Shown here piece after piece: positions 49,428 through 59,537 of a stretch of 64,000 nt of DNA. Both the position numbers and the translations under genes were made by a program. The notes under the pieces were generated by a model that saw only the letters and a program-made list of their open reading frames with translations, was not told where the DNA came from and searched no databases. The DNA comes from Nitrospiraceae bacterium (GTDB lineage: Bacteria; Nitrospirota; Nitrospiria; Nitrospirales; Nitrospiraceae). The stretch covers positions 63,670-127,669 of the forward strand of contig JBBIQV010000003.1 of assembly GCA_037442105.1 (NCBI GenBank), written 5' to 3'. Every line of letters begins with the position of its first letter. Within the stretch, counting starts at the first letter, position 1.

Positions 49428-50122
49428 TGAAGATGATGCCTCGTGTGCTTGAGCCGGAATTGATGGATGATCCGGAGCAAGCCCTCGCCTATGCTCGTGC
49501 GGACTTTGCGGAGGAGAACCAAGGTTTCGTAGATCGTTTCTGCGGGTGCTTCCCCGAACTGACGGAAGGGCGCGNNNNNNNNNNNNNNNNNNNNNNNNNN
49601 NNNNNNNNNNTGGGTTGCGGGCCGGGGGACATTCCGATTCGGTTCGTGCGAGCGTTACCCCGATGCCACGTGACCGGGATCGACGCGGCTGAGCCGATGA
49701 TTCGGTTGGCTGCGGAAGCAGTCCGAACAGCCGGCCTCTCGGCGCGGATTACCTTTCGGTGCGAGCGGCTTCAGGACGTCGTCTTATCTGAGCCGGCCGA
49801 TGCCGCGATCTCGAATAGCCTGTTGCACCATATCCCGAACCCGCTCCAGTTCTGGTATCAGCTGAAACAATTAGTCAAGCCGGGATCGCCGGTGCTGGTC
49901 ATGGACCTGCTCCGGCCTGTATCGCCGGAGGCGGCGCAGGAAATCGTGAACCGGTATGCTGCGAACGAGCCGGCAGTTCTGCGCCGGGACTTTTACCGTT
50001 CGTTGCTTGCAGCGTTCACGGAAGATGAAGTCGCGGCGCAGTTGGCGGAAATGAATTTGAGCCGGCTGCTGATCGACGTGCCCGATGATCGGCACTGGGT
50101 CGTGGGAGGAAGGGTGTACTGA
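49424..50122 (+). CDS. Class I SAM-dependent methyltransferase (36-N gap)
   Basis: EPELMDD, GCGPG, GIDAA, SNSLLHH, LVKPG. Confidence 0.85.
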   Translation: MMKMMPRVLEPELMDDPEQALAYARADFAEENQGFVDRFCGCFPELTEGRXXXXXXXXXXXXXGCGPGDIPIRFVRALPRCHVTGIDAAEPMIRLAAEAVRTAGLSARITFRCERLQDVVLSEPADAAISNSLLHHIPNPLQFWYQLKQLVKPGSPVLVMDLLRPVSPEAAQEIVNRYAANEPAVLRRDFYRSLLAAFTEDEVAAQLAEMNLSRLLIDVPDDRHWVVGGRVY

Positions 50123-50198
50123 ACGTCGCGAGTGCTCCTTCGACGGCCGCAGTCGGGACCGCTCGCGGCGCTCGGTACTATTTGAGGCGAGGTGAAGG

Positions 50199-51020
50199 GT
50201 GAGGAACGTGGTCGCGATTTGCCTGATGATGGCGATCGGGATGTCTGTGGGTATGGCTACTGCACAGCTCGAGCGATTGAAGAAACTCAAGAAAGAAGCT
50301 GAGGGTCACGTGGCAGAGGCGCCGACGGCTGATATCGGAGAAGGTCCGTTCTGGATGGGGGTGGATGGAACGCAGGCTCTGGAAGATGAACGGCCGCGCC
50401 ATCAGGTCTGGCTCGACCGCTATGCCATGGATCTGCACGAAGTCACTACCGCGCACTATGCCGCCTTTCTCAAGGCCACCAACCGAACCCCTCCCTGGCA
50501 GTGGGAAACGGTCGATCTCGCCTTGCATCATGATCGACCTGTGATCGGGGTGGATTGGGAGGATGCGCAGGCCTATTGTCGATGGGTCGGCAAGCGCTTA
50601 CCTACCGAGGCGGAATGGGAAAAGGCAGCCCGAGGCACAGATGAGCGGCTCTATCCGTGGGGAAACTCCGCTCCGACACCAGCCCTCGCCAATTTCGCCC
50701 TCGGCGCCCGCTTCAGCTATAGCCAGGTGTTGATGCCCGTTGGACAGTACCAACAAGCAGCCAGTCCGTACGGACTCTCAGAGATGGCCGGCAATGTGTG
50801 GGAGTGGGTCCAGGATTGGTATGGCGCGAACTACTATGAAACAAGCCCCTCGCGAAACCCTCAGGGACCGATCGACGGCCAGTTCAAGGTCCTTCGTGGC
50901 GGTTCGTGGTCCGACCTCCCCAAATACCTGCTGACCTATGGAAGGTTTAAGCTCCCGCCTACCACGCGCAACAGCTACACCGGCTTTCGCTGCGCAAAAA
51001 GTGCGACAAGTGATCGGTGA
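50199..51020 (+). CDS. Formylglycine-generating-enzyme (SUMF1/FGE-sulfatase) family exported protein
   Basis: FWMG, HEVT, RLPTEAEWEKAARG, MAGNVWEW, RGGSW, GFRCA. Confidence 0.9.
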   Translation: MRNVVAICLMMAIGMSVGMATAQLERLKKLKKEAEGHVAEAPTADIGEGPFWMGVDGTQALEDERPRHQVWLDRYAMDLHEVTTAHYAAFLKATNRTPPWQWETVDLALHHDRPVIGVDWEDAQAYCRWVGKRLPTEAEWEKAARGTDERLYPWGNSAPTPALANFALGARFSYSQVLMPVGQYQQAASPYGLSEMAGNVWEWVQDWYGANYYETSPSRNPQGPIDGQFKVLRGGSWSDLPKYLLTYGRFKLPPTTRNSYTGFRCAKSATSDR

Positions 51021-51089
51021 TGTGTGATTGTGATGAATGGAGAAGGGGTAGTGAGAGTGAGGGTCTATGCGTCGATCGGCGTTCGTCGG

Positions 51090-51872
51090 TCAATGTAACG
51101 AGCTTGATGATAAGAGATGGGTGGCAAGCCAGTCGGCGATCAAGGTCGTCATGGTTTTGAAGTCCTCTGCCTTTGTGAATTGATGATCGGCGCCGGAAAG
51201 CAGCTCCAGCCGCTTTGTCGTCCGTAGGGCGTCAAAAAGCTTCCTACTCTGGTGCAGGGGCACGAACTCGTCCTCGTCGCCCTGGACGATCAAGGTCGGG
51301 ACGGTGATCGCCTTGGCCGGATCGTAGGCGATCCGGCGGAGGCAGTCTTCATAGAAGGCATAGGCAAGCTTCACGCGGTTCGGGCCGCCCATAATGTCCG
51401 GGATCGTGTCGGTCGCTTTCCACTTCGCCAGTTCCTCCTCTCCGAACTCTAGCCGCAACTCTTCCGCAAAGTCGACGACGGGACATTTCAATGCGAGGCC
51501 GGCCAAGTCGGATCGTCGAGCTGCCGTGAGAATCGACACTAATCCGCCGAAGCTTGAGCCCATCAGCCCGATCCTCCGAAAGCCCTTCGATGCGCTGAAG
51601 TCCAGCGCGGCCATTGCCTGCTCCACGGCGAGGGTCGTCGTAAGACGTTCGAAGGGGCCTTGGCTCTCGCCTTGTCCGAAGAAGTCGAATCGCAACGTTG
51701 CGATGCTCCGCTCCACGAGCATGCGGGTCAGGGTTTTGTTCGTCGTGCTGTTCTTGGAGGAGAGAAATCCGTGACACAGCACCGCGACGCGGTCGGAAGG
51801 TTCGGCGGGCCTGGTCAACACTGCTGCGATCCGATGGCCCTGCTGGTCCGTGAAGGAGCACGTTTCTTCCAT
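51090..51872 (-). CDS. Alpha/beta hydrolase
   Basis: CHGF, GSSFGG, QGDEDEFVP, GADH. Confidence 0.88.
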   Translation of the reverse strand: MEETCSFTDQQGHRIAAVLTRPAEPSDRVAVLCHGFLSSKNSTTNKTLTRMLVERSIATLRFDFFGQGESQGPFERLTTTLAVEQAMAALDFSASKGFRRIGLMGSSFGGLVSILTAARRSDLAGLALKCPVVDFAEELRLEFGEEELAKWKATDTIPDIMGGPNRVKLAYAFYEDCLRRIAYDPAKAITVPTLIVQGDEDEFVPLHQSRKLFDALRTTKRLELLSGADHQFTKAEDFKTMTTLIADWLATHLLSSSSLH

Positions 51873-51881
51873 GGTGCGCCG

Positions 51882-53162
51882 TTACTTCGCCGGTTGTTTG
51901 CCGAGCAGGTGCGCGACTTTCGTGGCGAAGAGGGTGAGGCTGAAAAGCAGCAGAATAAAGCTTATCCAGGCGCTCACTTGAATGGTAGGCGCATGAAGCG
52001 GAAGACTCCAAGTGAGAGAAGCGACCACGGCCAAGCCCATCGTTCCCAGGCTCAACGAGCCGATTTGGACGGCACGCCAGCGGTTGACGATCCGAGTGAG
52101 TTGGTCGAGATAGGGCGACCGCTTCTTGTGGCTGGCCACTCGCCGAACCGCCAGTGTGACAGGCAGAAGATGGGACAAAGCGCCGACGATCGTCTGCAGC
52201 ACGAAGCCGACGAGCGCCATGTGGGTATAGGCGACCAAATGCAAGGTGCCGAACGGCAAGGCCGGAGGGTCCCAAAGCAAGTTCACGCCGACGAGCACTC
52301 CCATGATGACGGCAATCACCAGGAACAACGTGGCGACGAGGAGGTGATCTGAGGCGGCGGTTTCTTGGGCGCCGGCATTGAGCCAGGTCTTGAGCATGTT
52401 GTACGCATAGGCTCCGCTTGCCACGATCAGGACGCCGCCGCCGGCGATCTCGCTCCAGAGGGACGACTGAGAAAATCCTCCGATCAGCAGAAGGAGACCG
52501 GCGGGCCAAAGGATGAAGACGGCGCGGGCCAGCCCCGGACTGTACAACGGAGTCTGCAATACCGTGGGCAGCAAGTTGTGCATCGTGCCGATGATCGTGA
52601 GCGTCACGAAGCCCAACAGGTTGAGGTGGATATGCGAGAGCCGCGCGTGGCCGTACCAGCCGGTGAACAGACCGAAGGCCATACCGACGCCCAGCGCAAG
52701 CCCGGCGAACAACGCGACGAGGGCCAGCCCATAGAACCACAGATTCAGCGGCGGTGAATTGAGGCTGGCCTTTGCCTGCCGGATTGCGTCGCCTGCCACC
52801 GACAGGAAGGCGACGATGATGAGGACCCCGGCCCCGCTTACCACCGTGTGGTTGTGCAAGCCGAAGCCGATCAGCAAGCCGATTGTGCCGCCGTTGATGG
52901 CAAGATAGAGCATCGGATGGGAGTCCGATCGTTTCTGTCCCGTCATCAACAAGGTTGGGATGAAGGTCAGCATCCCTCCCAGGATCAGTTGCGCAACTCC
53001 GCCCACGAGCGCGCCGTGCACGTGGAGAAGGCGAAGCCAGGTGGGCAGCGAAGTTCCGCGCACGATGCCGAGAAAACCGGCCATGCCGACCAGCGAGGCG
53101 ACGATCAGCCAGGCCAGCCCTGTCAGGAGAAACAGCATTGGAGAGCAGTCGAGCCGCCGCAT
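51882..53162 (-). CDS. Polytopic membrane protein with three repeated His-containing helices (NnrS / haem-copper-oxidase-like fold)
   Basis: About 12 TMs; HVHGALVGG, HIHLNLLGF and YTHMALVGF repeats. Confidence 0.6.
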   Translation of the reverse strand: MRRLDCSPMLFLLTGLAWLIVASLVGMAGFLGIVRGTSLPTWLRLLHVHGALVGGVAQLILGGMLTFIPTLLMTGQKRSDSHPMLYLAINGGTIGLLIGFGLHNHTVVSGAGVLIIVAFLSVAGDAIRQAKASLNSPPLNLWFYGLALVALFAGLALGVGMAFGLFTGWYGHARLSHIHLNLLGFVTLTIIGTMHNLLPTVLQTPLYSPGLARAVFILWPAGLLLLIGGFSQSSLWSEIAGGGVLIVASGAYAYNMLKTWLNAGAQETAASDHLLVATLFLVIAVIMGVLVGVNLLWDPPALPFGTLHLVAYTHMALVGFVLQTIVGALSHLLPVTLAVRRVASHKKRSPYLDQLTRIVNRWRAVQIGSLSLGTMGLAVVASLTWSLPLHAPTIQVSAWISFILLLFSLTLFATKVAHLLGKQPAK

Positions 53163-53168
53163 CCCCTA

Positions 53169-53960
53169 TCATCCTTCCAGGAAGTAGAAATGGTTCGTCG
53201 GCCCTTTCCCGTGGCCGATGGCCAGGCCATGCCGGATGGCTTCCGTGACATATGACTTGGCCGCCTGGACCGCCTCAGGGACGGCTTTGCCTCGCGCCAG
53301 TTGTGCGGCGATGGCGGAGGCGTACGTGCAGCCGGTGCCATGCGTGTGCGGTGTATCGATGAACTCGCCTTTGAACACGTTGAAGAATCGCCCATCGTAC
53401 AGCAGATCGGTTGCGCGTTCCGCCGGCAGGTGCCCGCCCTTAATCAGCACGTGCTTGCAGCCGAATCCGTGGATGACCTTCGCCGCGCGCCGCGCGTCCG
53501 GCAACGTAGTGATTTCGATGCCGGAGAGTTGCTGCGCCTCGTGGATGTTCGGCGTAACGATCAGCGCGAGGGGGATCAGCTCTTTCTTCAGCGCCTCGAT
53601 CGCTTCCGGCTTGAGAAGGTGATGGCCGGTCTTGGATACCATCACCGGATCGACGACGAGGTTGGTCACGTGCTGCGGACGCAGCATCTTGGCGACGACG
53701 CGTACGATCTCGGGGGAGGACAACATGCCTGTTTTGACCGCAGCCACGTCGAAGTCGTCGAACACCGCATCCAATTGGGCGGCAATAATCTGTAGTGGCA
53801 GCTCGAAAACATCCGTCACCTCTTCCGTGTTCTGTGCGGTGACGGCGGTGATGACCGACATCGCGAAGACACCGTTCGCGGACATAGCCTTGATGTCTGC
53901 TTGGATACCGGCGCCGCCGCCGGAATCGGAACCCGCGATGGCCAATACTTGTTTGATCAC
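53169..53960 (-). CDS. thiD: Hydroxymethylpyrimidine/phosphomethylpyrimidine kinase
   Basis: [36 protein letters not shown]. Confidence 0.96.
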   Translation of the reverse strand: MIKQVLAIAGSDSGGGAGIQADIKAMSANGVFAMSVITAVTAQNTEEVTDVFELPLQIIAAQLDAVFDDFDVAAVKTGMLSSPEIVRVVAKMLRPQHVTNLVVDPVMVSKTGHHLLKPEAIEALKKELIPLALIVTPNIHEAQQLSGIEITTLPDARRAAKVIHGFGCKHVLIKGGHLPAERATDLLYDGRFFNVFKGEFIDTPHTHGTGCTYASAIAAQLARGKAVPEAVQAAKSYVTEAIRHGLAIGHGKGPTNHFYFLEG

Positions 53961-53989
53961 CTCGAAACTCCGTTGCTGGAAGGGCGCGC

Positions 53990-54988
53990 TCAGTGGCCCG
54001 GCGCGGGCACAGTTTCCGGCGGTTCGGCCGCCGAAGGGATGGTCCCCGGCTCGGATTTCAGCCCGCCGATCGTCACGATCGCATCGCGACGCGGCGCCGC
54101 TTCATGGAAGTGCAGTGTGAAGACCGTGCCGGCAACCGTATCTTTATCTTTCGCTGTGAATGTCAGCGGTGTCCGTTCCTTCTCTCGCGGCGATAACTCC
54201 GCTCCCCTGGTGCAGAGCCCTTCCCGGTTGTCCGCCGCTTCCTGGCGCCACTGGACCCCATGCTCATCTTCCAGATAGGTGTCTTGCAGCTTGCACAATA
54301 TCTTGACGTCTCGTGGCGACTGGCTTTCCAGCGCCAGAACGAGCTTGACCTGCCGTTCCTGTTGTTGAATTTCCGTCACGGTCAACCGGTAGAACTCATT
54401 CGAGCTGGACCAGGGCGGGAGGGTCACCGTCTTCGGCGTCTCGATCTTTTCCGTCTTCGGTCGGTCCGGTGGTTTCATCACATCGGCCAAGGGGCCTATC
54501 TTAGGGATGGTGGCTCGCGCCGCACCGAGGATCTGCATGGTGGTCGGAGCCAGCAGTTTGGTGGTGACTTGGACTCCCTCCGGCGTCTCGACGAACGTTC
54601 CGGTCACGAAGACATCGGCCCGGACGGCCTTGGCGACTTTCTGCGCCACCTTCGCCTGTGCGGGCTCTAACTGGGTCAGCTTCTGACGCTTCATGCTCGA
54701 TGCCAGCAGTTTCCGATCGACGACCTTCAGTTCGCCTGCCACCAATAGATGGGTCGCCAGCTCTTCGGCCAGAAACTGGCCCGGCGGCGTGGCCTCTCCG
54801 TGAACCGTTGTGAAGTCCACGATCGCCAGGCGTTGCTTCTTCCCCTTGATCGCCTCAGCCGTCACTCCCTCGGTGAGTTCCTTCAGGCTCTCCTCATACT
54901 TCGAGGCCGCCTGCAGACTGGAAGCAGACACGCTGAAGAGGATTGCTAATGTTGTTGCGGCCAACGCAATCAGGCGCATTCGTATCAT
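53990..54988 (-). CDS. Exported FlgO/CsgG-like domain protein
   Basis: Signal peptide; RLAIVDF...LAEEL...VVDR...ADVFVTGT pattern. Confidence 0.6.
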   Translation of the reverse strand: MIRMRLIALAATTLAILFSVSASSLQAASKYEESLKELTEGVTAEAIKGKKQRLAIVDFTTVHGEATPPGQFLAEELATHLLVAGELKVVDRKLLASSMKRQKLTQLEPAQAKVAQKVAKAVRADVFVTGTFVETPEGVQVTTKLLAPTTMQILGAARATIPKIGPLADVMKPPDRPKTEKIETPKTVTLPPWSSSNEFYRLTVTEIQQQERQVKLVLALESQSPRDVKILCKLQDTYLEDEHGVQWRQEAADNREGLCTRGAELSPREKERTPLTFTAKDKDTVAGTVFTLHFHEAAPRRDAIVTIGGLKSEPGTIPSAAEPPETVPAPGH

Positions 54989-55034
54989 CGGGGGGAGGAG
55001 CACGGGCCCATTATACTGAGTTGGAAGAGGGTGT

Positions 55035-55355
55035 CTAGCGACAGAACTCCTTCTTCCAGTCACGCAGAATCTTCTGCTCATCGAACGTCAAGAGGTAGGC
55101 CTGGCAATAGTTCGCCCTCGCGGAACCGGCATAGCCGGTCGTGGCGCTCCCGCGGTCATAATAGGTCCACACTGTCCGGCCGTCGGCTAGCTTTTCCTCC
55201 TTATGCGGAGCCCCGTAACGCGAAGCGACCATCTCGATCGTCGCCTCATTGACTTTGCTCTCGAAATAGCCGGCCTCGAAGTAGGCGCAGGATACCGTGA
55301 GCAACGAGAAGATGCAGCCGATAAGTTTCAGTCTATTGTGAAATCCAACGGCCAT
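55035..55355 (-). CDS. Small lipoprotein
   Basis: LTVSC lipobox; YGAP...VWTY...LTFDEQKILRDW (BamE/SmpA-like pattern). Confidence 0.65.
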   Translation of the reverse strand: MAVGFHNRLKLIGCIFSLLTVSCAYFEAGYFESKVNEATIEMVASRYGAPHKEEKLADGRTVWTYYDRGSATTGYAGSARANYCQAYLLTFDEQKILRDWKKEFCR

Positions 55356-55367
55356 AAACCTCATAGA

Positions 55368-55847
55368 TCAACGTGTCCAAAGTTTCCCAACCAGTCGTCC
55401 GCCTGCATAGCCTAACGGCATCAAGACCGTCAGGACGAGCGGGAGGAAGAGGTACGCCAATGCTCCTTGAGCATCAGGATGCACCAAGGTGGTGACATGG
55501 GTCCAGAAGCTTACTCCGAACATCAGCAGCAACGCGCCCAATACTCCGGCCATCCGGCGCGAGAAGAAGGCCGGCTCCTGTACTGGTGTGCGTCCCAGGT
55601 GGAACAACAGAAACACGGAAAAGATCATGAAGGGAACGGCGTTCAAGATGCCGATCAGAAAGAAGTTGTACCCAGGGGTAAAGAAATGGAGCCGCACGTA
55701 TGCAAACGCCTGGGCCAATGTCCGTTGGTGAGCAGAAATCTCGAAGGCCAGTAAGAGCAGCCACGGCAGTATCATGCCCAAGAGAATGCTGCCCCAATAG
55801 AAGGCCAAGGTGAGGATTGCCCGCGAATGGTTGTCGGTCGTGTGCAT
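55368..55847 (-). CDS. Hypothetical 4-TM membrane protein
   Basis: Four hydrophobic segments; tight packing with neighbouring genes. Confidence 0.6.
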   Translation of the reverse strand: MHTTDNHSRAILTLAFYWGSILLGMILPWLLLLAFEISAHQRTLAQAFAYVRLHFFTPGYNFFLIGILNAVPFMIFSVFLLFHLGRTPVQEPAFFSRRMAGVLGALLLMFGVSFWTHVTTLVHPDAQGALAYLFLPLVLTVLMPLGYAGGRLVGKLWTR

Positions 55848-55857
55848 GGCGTTATGC

Positions 55858-56868
55858 CTATTGAACAGGAAGAATGTTCGCACCGGTTGCAGGTGCCGAG
55901 CCGATTGCGGCCAATGCTTCAATGACGCTCCGGCGCACCACCGGGTCCGGATCGTTCACACCGGCAGTCAAGGCCGGCACCGCCTCCTTTGCGCCAGGAC
56001 CGATCGCGCCCAGGGCTTCAGCGGCCAAGTAGCGGTGCAACGGAACATCATCCTTGAGAGTTTGAATCAGAACAGGAACGACTCCGGCAGCGTTCGGCCC
56101 AAGCTTGGCCACTTGAAGCAGGGCATAGTCTTTGGCGCCGTTTCCGGACAACATATAGGCGAGCGTCGCCGCCTCGCTTTTGAGGTCCTGCCGGGCTTTG
56201 TCGAGCGCAATTTGGGCGAGTGATGCGATAGTCTTCTGCTCGTCTTTCAGCAACGCAGTGAGCACCGCAACAGTCTCACCACTGGCCATTGTCGAGAAGG
56301 CATACTCCGCAACCGCCGCGTGGCGGACGGTGAACGCCCGGTCATGAAGCGCGCGAGTCAACGCCGAGGTGACTTCCGGCCCAGGAATGCCGATGTGGCC
56401 GAGCGCACGTACCGCACGATCACGCACGAGATCGTCAGGGTCCTGCGCAACCTTGACTAAGGCCGGGACCGCCGGCTTGGCGACCGGCCCTAAACTTCCC
56501 AGAACCTCGCAGGCTGCCCGCCGGACTTGCACGTCCTGGTCTTGCAGCGCCGGCAGGTAAGCGTCCATCACTTGCCGGGCTGCTAAGAGGTCGATGGTCT
56601 TGAGCGCCGCAGCCGCGTTCGTTCTGGCGCTGTGATTCGCATCGTGAAGCGCGTGATTCAGCAGACCGGCAACCGATGCCTTGGCCGGAGAACCGATCCT
56701 CGCCAATCCCTCCGTCGCCATGATTCTGACGGAAGCATCCGCGTCGTTCAGCGACTCGATCAACCCCGGTACCGCCCGCGACCCGGTATTCCGCCAATAC
56801 ACCAGCGCCAGCAAGACAACCAGTCCGATCAGCCCACCAACGTTCAACCAGATGTGCCGTTGCGTCAC
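55858..56868 (-). CDS. Membrane-anchored HEAT/PBS-lyase repeat protein
   Basis: Repeats of AVPAL...D-D-VR-A-ALG-IG. Confidence 0.8.
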   Translation of the reverse strand: MTQRHIWLNVGGLIGLVVLLALVYWRNTGSRAVPGLIESLNDADASVRIMATEGLARIGSPAKASVAGLLNHALHDANHSARTNAAAALKTIDLLAARQVMDAYLPALQDQDVQVRRAACEVLGSLGPVAKPAVPALVKVAQDPDDLVRDRAVRALGHIGIPGPEVTSALTRALHDRAFTVRHAAVAEYAFSTMASGETVAVLTALLKDEQKTIASLAQIALDKARQDLKSEAATLAYMLSGNGAKDYALLQVAKLGPNAAGVVPVLIQTLKDDVPLHRYLAAEALGAIGPGAKEAVPALTAGVNDPDPVVRRSVIEALAAIGSAPATGANILPVQ

Positions 56869-56951
56869 AGCAGCACTCTACCAGAAATGCCGTCCCGTTG
56901 CTTTTTCTCGTCGTTCGGCGTACTCGTAGGCAGAATCGAGGAGGAGCCGCC

Positions 56952-57146
56952 ATGAAACCTTTTACTACCGTCGCCGTGGTCGTGTTCACGCTCGTCGCCT
57001 GCCTGCACGTCCTTCGCATCCTGTTGGGCTGGGAGGTCGTGATCGGAGGGGCCGTGATTCCGGTGTGGGCCAGCTACCTCGGCCTGTTCATCGCCGGCGG
57101 GCTGGCGGCCATGCTTTGGCGCGAATCCAGGCAGGGGACAAACTGA
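56952..57146 (+). CDS. Small 2-TM membrane protein
   Basis: Strong RBS gaggag; two hydrophobic helices (LHVLR, IPVWAS). Confidence 0.7.
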   Translation: MKPFTTVAVVVFTLVACLHVLRILLGWEVVIGGAVIPVWASYLGLFIAGGLAAMLWRESRQGTN

Positions 57147-57548
57147 ACAACGGAAAGATTCCCGATGCCTGTTTGTCCTCCGTTGCATTTTGAGGAGATC
57201 GGTCTATACAAGTGACCTATGAACATGGAGCAGGTGGAAGAGATCACACACCACTATCCTCAAAATCCGCATGGATCGCCTCGAACCCAGTCGAGCTTAA
57301 CTTTCTTTCAGGATACAAACCTGCCCCGTGAAATGCTTCCCGACGCCGGGGGCTTTCCATCCCGCGTCCTGGCTCACCCTCTCGCACAAGCGGACGTACA
57401 AGAAATCGGCGAGCCGCTTAATCTGATGTTGGGCAGTCCGGCAATTTCTGGATGTGCTCGGTGAGGTGCTGAAGGTTTATCTCTGCGCGGGCACGTTCTG
57501 CTATATTGGATTGCAAGACCAGACCCCAATTCGATCCTTCGTTCGTGC

Positions 57549-57927
57549 TCACTCGAACATCTCGGTGATCTTCTCCCCGAGCGTCTCAGCTGCGAAGGGT
57601 TTGACGATATAGCTGGTGATGCCTGCCTGGATGGCCTCCATGACGTTTGTTTTCGTGGCTTCGGCAGTGACCATGAGGACCGGCATCGTTTTCCACCTCT
57701 CGTCCGCACGGATCGCCCGAAGCAGTTCGATCCCGCTCATCACCGGCATGTTCCAATCGGAAATCACGAGGCCGTACGTCCCCCCGGAGCTTCGCGAGCG
57801 CCTCTTGCCCATGCTCGGCTTCTTCGATATGGCGGAACCCGAGTCCTCTCAGAATGCCTCTGACGATGCTACGCATCGTGGATGTATCGTCCACGACGAG
57901 CACTGTTCTTGAGAAATCAATTGCCAT
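57549..57927 (-). pseudogene. cheY: CheY-like response regulator frameshifted in a G6 run at 57780-57785
   Basis: LVVDD...GQEALAKL in one frame; [11 protein letters not shown]...MVTAE...YIVKPF in another. Confidence 0.8.
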
Positions 57928-58194
57928 CGGAATCTCGCTTGGTTGAGAACGGATCCGTCCCTGGGCATGTCGGGTGTCGTGGTGACCGCGTTTGGTCGCG
58001 CTGCGTCCTTGCCCCGCAGGTGATCTAAAGGGTTGTTGGCGGCTCACACGGATTTGAATTGCAGTCACTTCATGAAAACAAACCGGACAACAGCGAGTAG
58101 CAAGTAGCCGGCGGCAACGGAGTTCTTCTTCGCTATTCGTTACCGGCTCTGAGCTGTTCGTTGAGACGCGACAAACCGTCACGAATCATGCGGA

Positions 58195-58743
58195 TTAGGA
58201 AGGAAGGTCGAGCAGTGCTTGCACGTCTTGGGCGAGTCCCAACGCCTCGGCCTGGGCGATCAGACTGTTCCGATCCGCTGCGGTCGGATTGCACACGGCA
58301 AGAATGCTCCTGGCGTCCTGGAGATCGACCGGTCCCCCAGCATACAGTTTCAACAGCACCAGGGCTTGCCAGTTTACCACTGGCACCGCAGAACCGAGAA
58401 CCTTCAGGGTCTCGACTTCTCGGAAGGCGACGTCGGCCCATTTCTGCCGGAGGACGATCAGTTGAACCGGCACGTCTTGCCCTTCGCACTTCAGGAGAAG
58501 CCGGAACACGCCGTGCAACGGATCATCGGCATCTCCAGGCTGATACGTTGCTCCGAGGTGAGCGGCGAGCGCCTGCGGCTCCGATGTCCCGAGCGCAACG
58601 GCAAGGTCGATATCCTGGGTGGCTCGCGCGACGCCCCACGCCGACACGGCGAAACCGCCGACCAGTGCGTAGGCCTGAAGCAGGCGTTGCGTCCGCGCCT
58701 GATCGAGGCGCCCAACGATCTGGGTTAAGGCTTCCGGGAACAC
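58195..58743 (-). CDS. Nucleotidyltransferase (AbiEii/DUF6036-like), putative toxin
   Basis: LVGGFAV...RATQDID motif; LKLYAG...DLQD. Confidence 0.75.
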   Translation of the reverse strand: MFPEALTQIVGRLDQARTQRLLQAYALVGGFAVSAWGVARATQDIDLAVALGTSEPQALAAHLGATYQPGDADDPLHGVFRLLLKCEGQDVPVQLIVLRQKWADVAFREVETLKVLGSAVPVVNWQALVLLKLYAGGPVDLQDARSILAVCNPTAADRNSLIAQAEALGLAQDVQALLDLPS

Positions 58744-58910
58744 GAGCGGTTCAGTTCACGGCAGAAATCGGACAATTGCAAGGCGGTCATCAGCCGTTCT
58801 TCGGGCGTCATGAGTCTGGCATGCTCGATCTTCACGTTCGAGAGCCACTGACTCAGTTTGCTGGGGCGCCGTCTGGGGCTTTCCAGGACAATCGTTTGTC
58901 GGGGAGTCAT
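58725..58910 (-). CDS. Small protein overlapping the nucleotidyltransferase, putative antitoxin
   Basis: 61 aa; MTPEERL motif; overlaps the start of the downstream gene. Confidence 0.6.
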   Translation of the reverse strand: MTPRQTIVLESPRRRPSKLSQWLSNVKIEHARLMTPEERLMTALQLSDFCRELNRSCSRKP

Positions 58911-59420
58911 GCGCTCAAGTATACACGGATCTCCGGCACCCTGACACCCTGAAAGGATGAATGGAGGGAAGGGAGCGGAATCGTCTCGTTCCGTTTCGGC
59001 TAGGACACGGGTTTTCTCCTTGGCACGAACCGGCCCTCTTCCAAGTCCTGCAAGTCAGCCCAACTGGTGATGTCGGCCCGCGAGGGATCGATGGCGTCGC
59101 GGATGGGGGTTGGCAGCCTGCCGAAACCATGAAGCAACCCCTCCATCGGTCGGATTGCTTCTGACCGTCTACCGCTGTTCACATTCTCAGCGCGAGAGTG
59201 TGATGGGCGCGCTTAACCGCGCGTGTTGGACGAGCCCATCGTCTCCATAAACGACAATCTCACATCTCAGATGCGCGCGGTGCGCGCGAGCAGAAGAGGT
59301 GCCCTAAAGTGTTCCTTGGCCGGTGTGGTCCAGGGTAGGTGACTGGCGTGTTCCAAACTGCGCGTGTCGACCGATCGCTTCCTTCTATCACTCTCTCCTC
59401 CTCCTTGGCCGGTGAGATGG

Positions 59421-59515
59421 GGAGGGGCGGCAGGGCGGCTCTTACTGCGCGCATCGAGCGACCACTTTCTGAAGTGGGGGCTCTGCGAGCACGAGAGGCG
59501 CCCTGTCGCCCCTCC
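59421..59515. repeat. Long imperfect inverted repeat (22-bp arms) with an internal hairpin; REP/MITE-like
   Basis: ggaggggcggcagggcggctct and agaggcgccctgtcgcccctcc (2 mismatches); inner ccactt-tctg-aagtgg. Confidence 0.65.
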
Positions 59516-59537
59516 AATTCCAAATAATCCATCCTCT

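Noticed and set aside
57219..57464. 81-aa ORF (and 59000..59182)
   Set aside because: No motifs or convincing RBS; cannot be supported as genes.
59240..59400. TPP riboswitch near tenA (ctgaga on the minus strand)
   Set aside because: It lies downstream of tenA, and the rest of the aptamer consensus is not visible.
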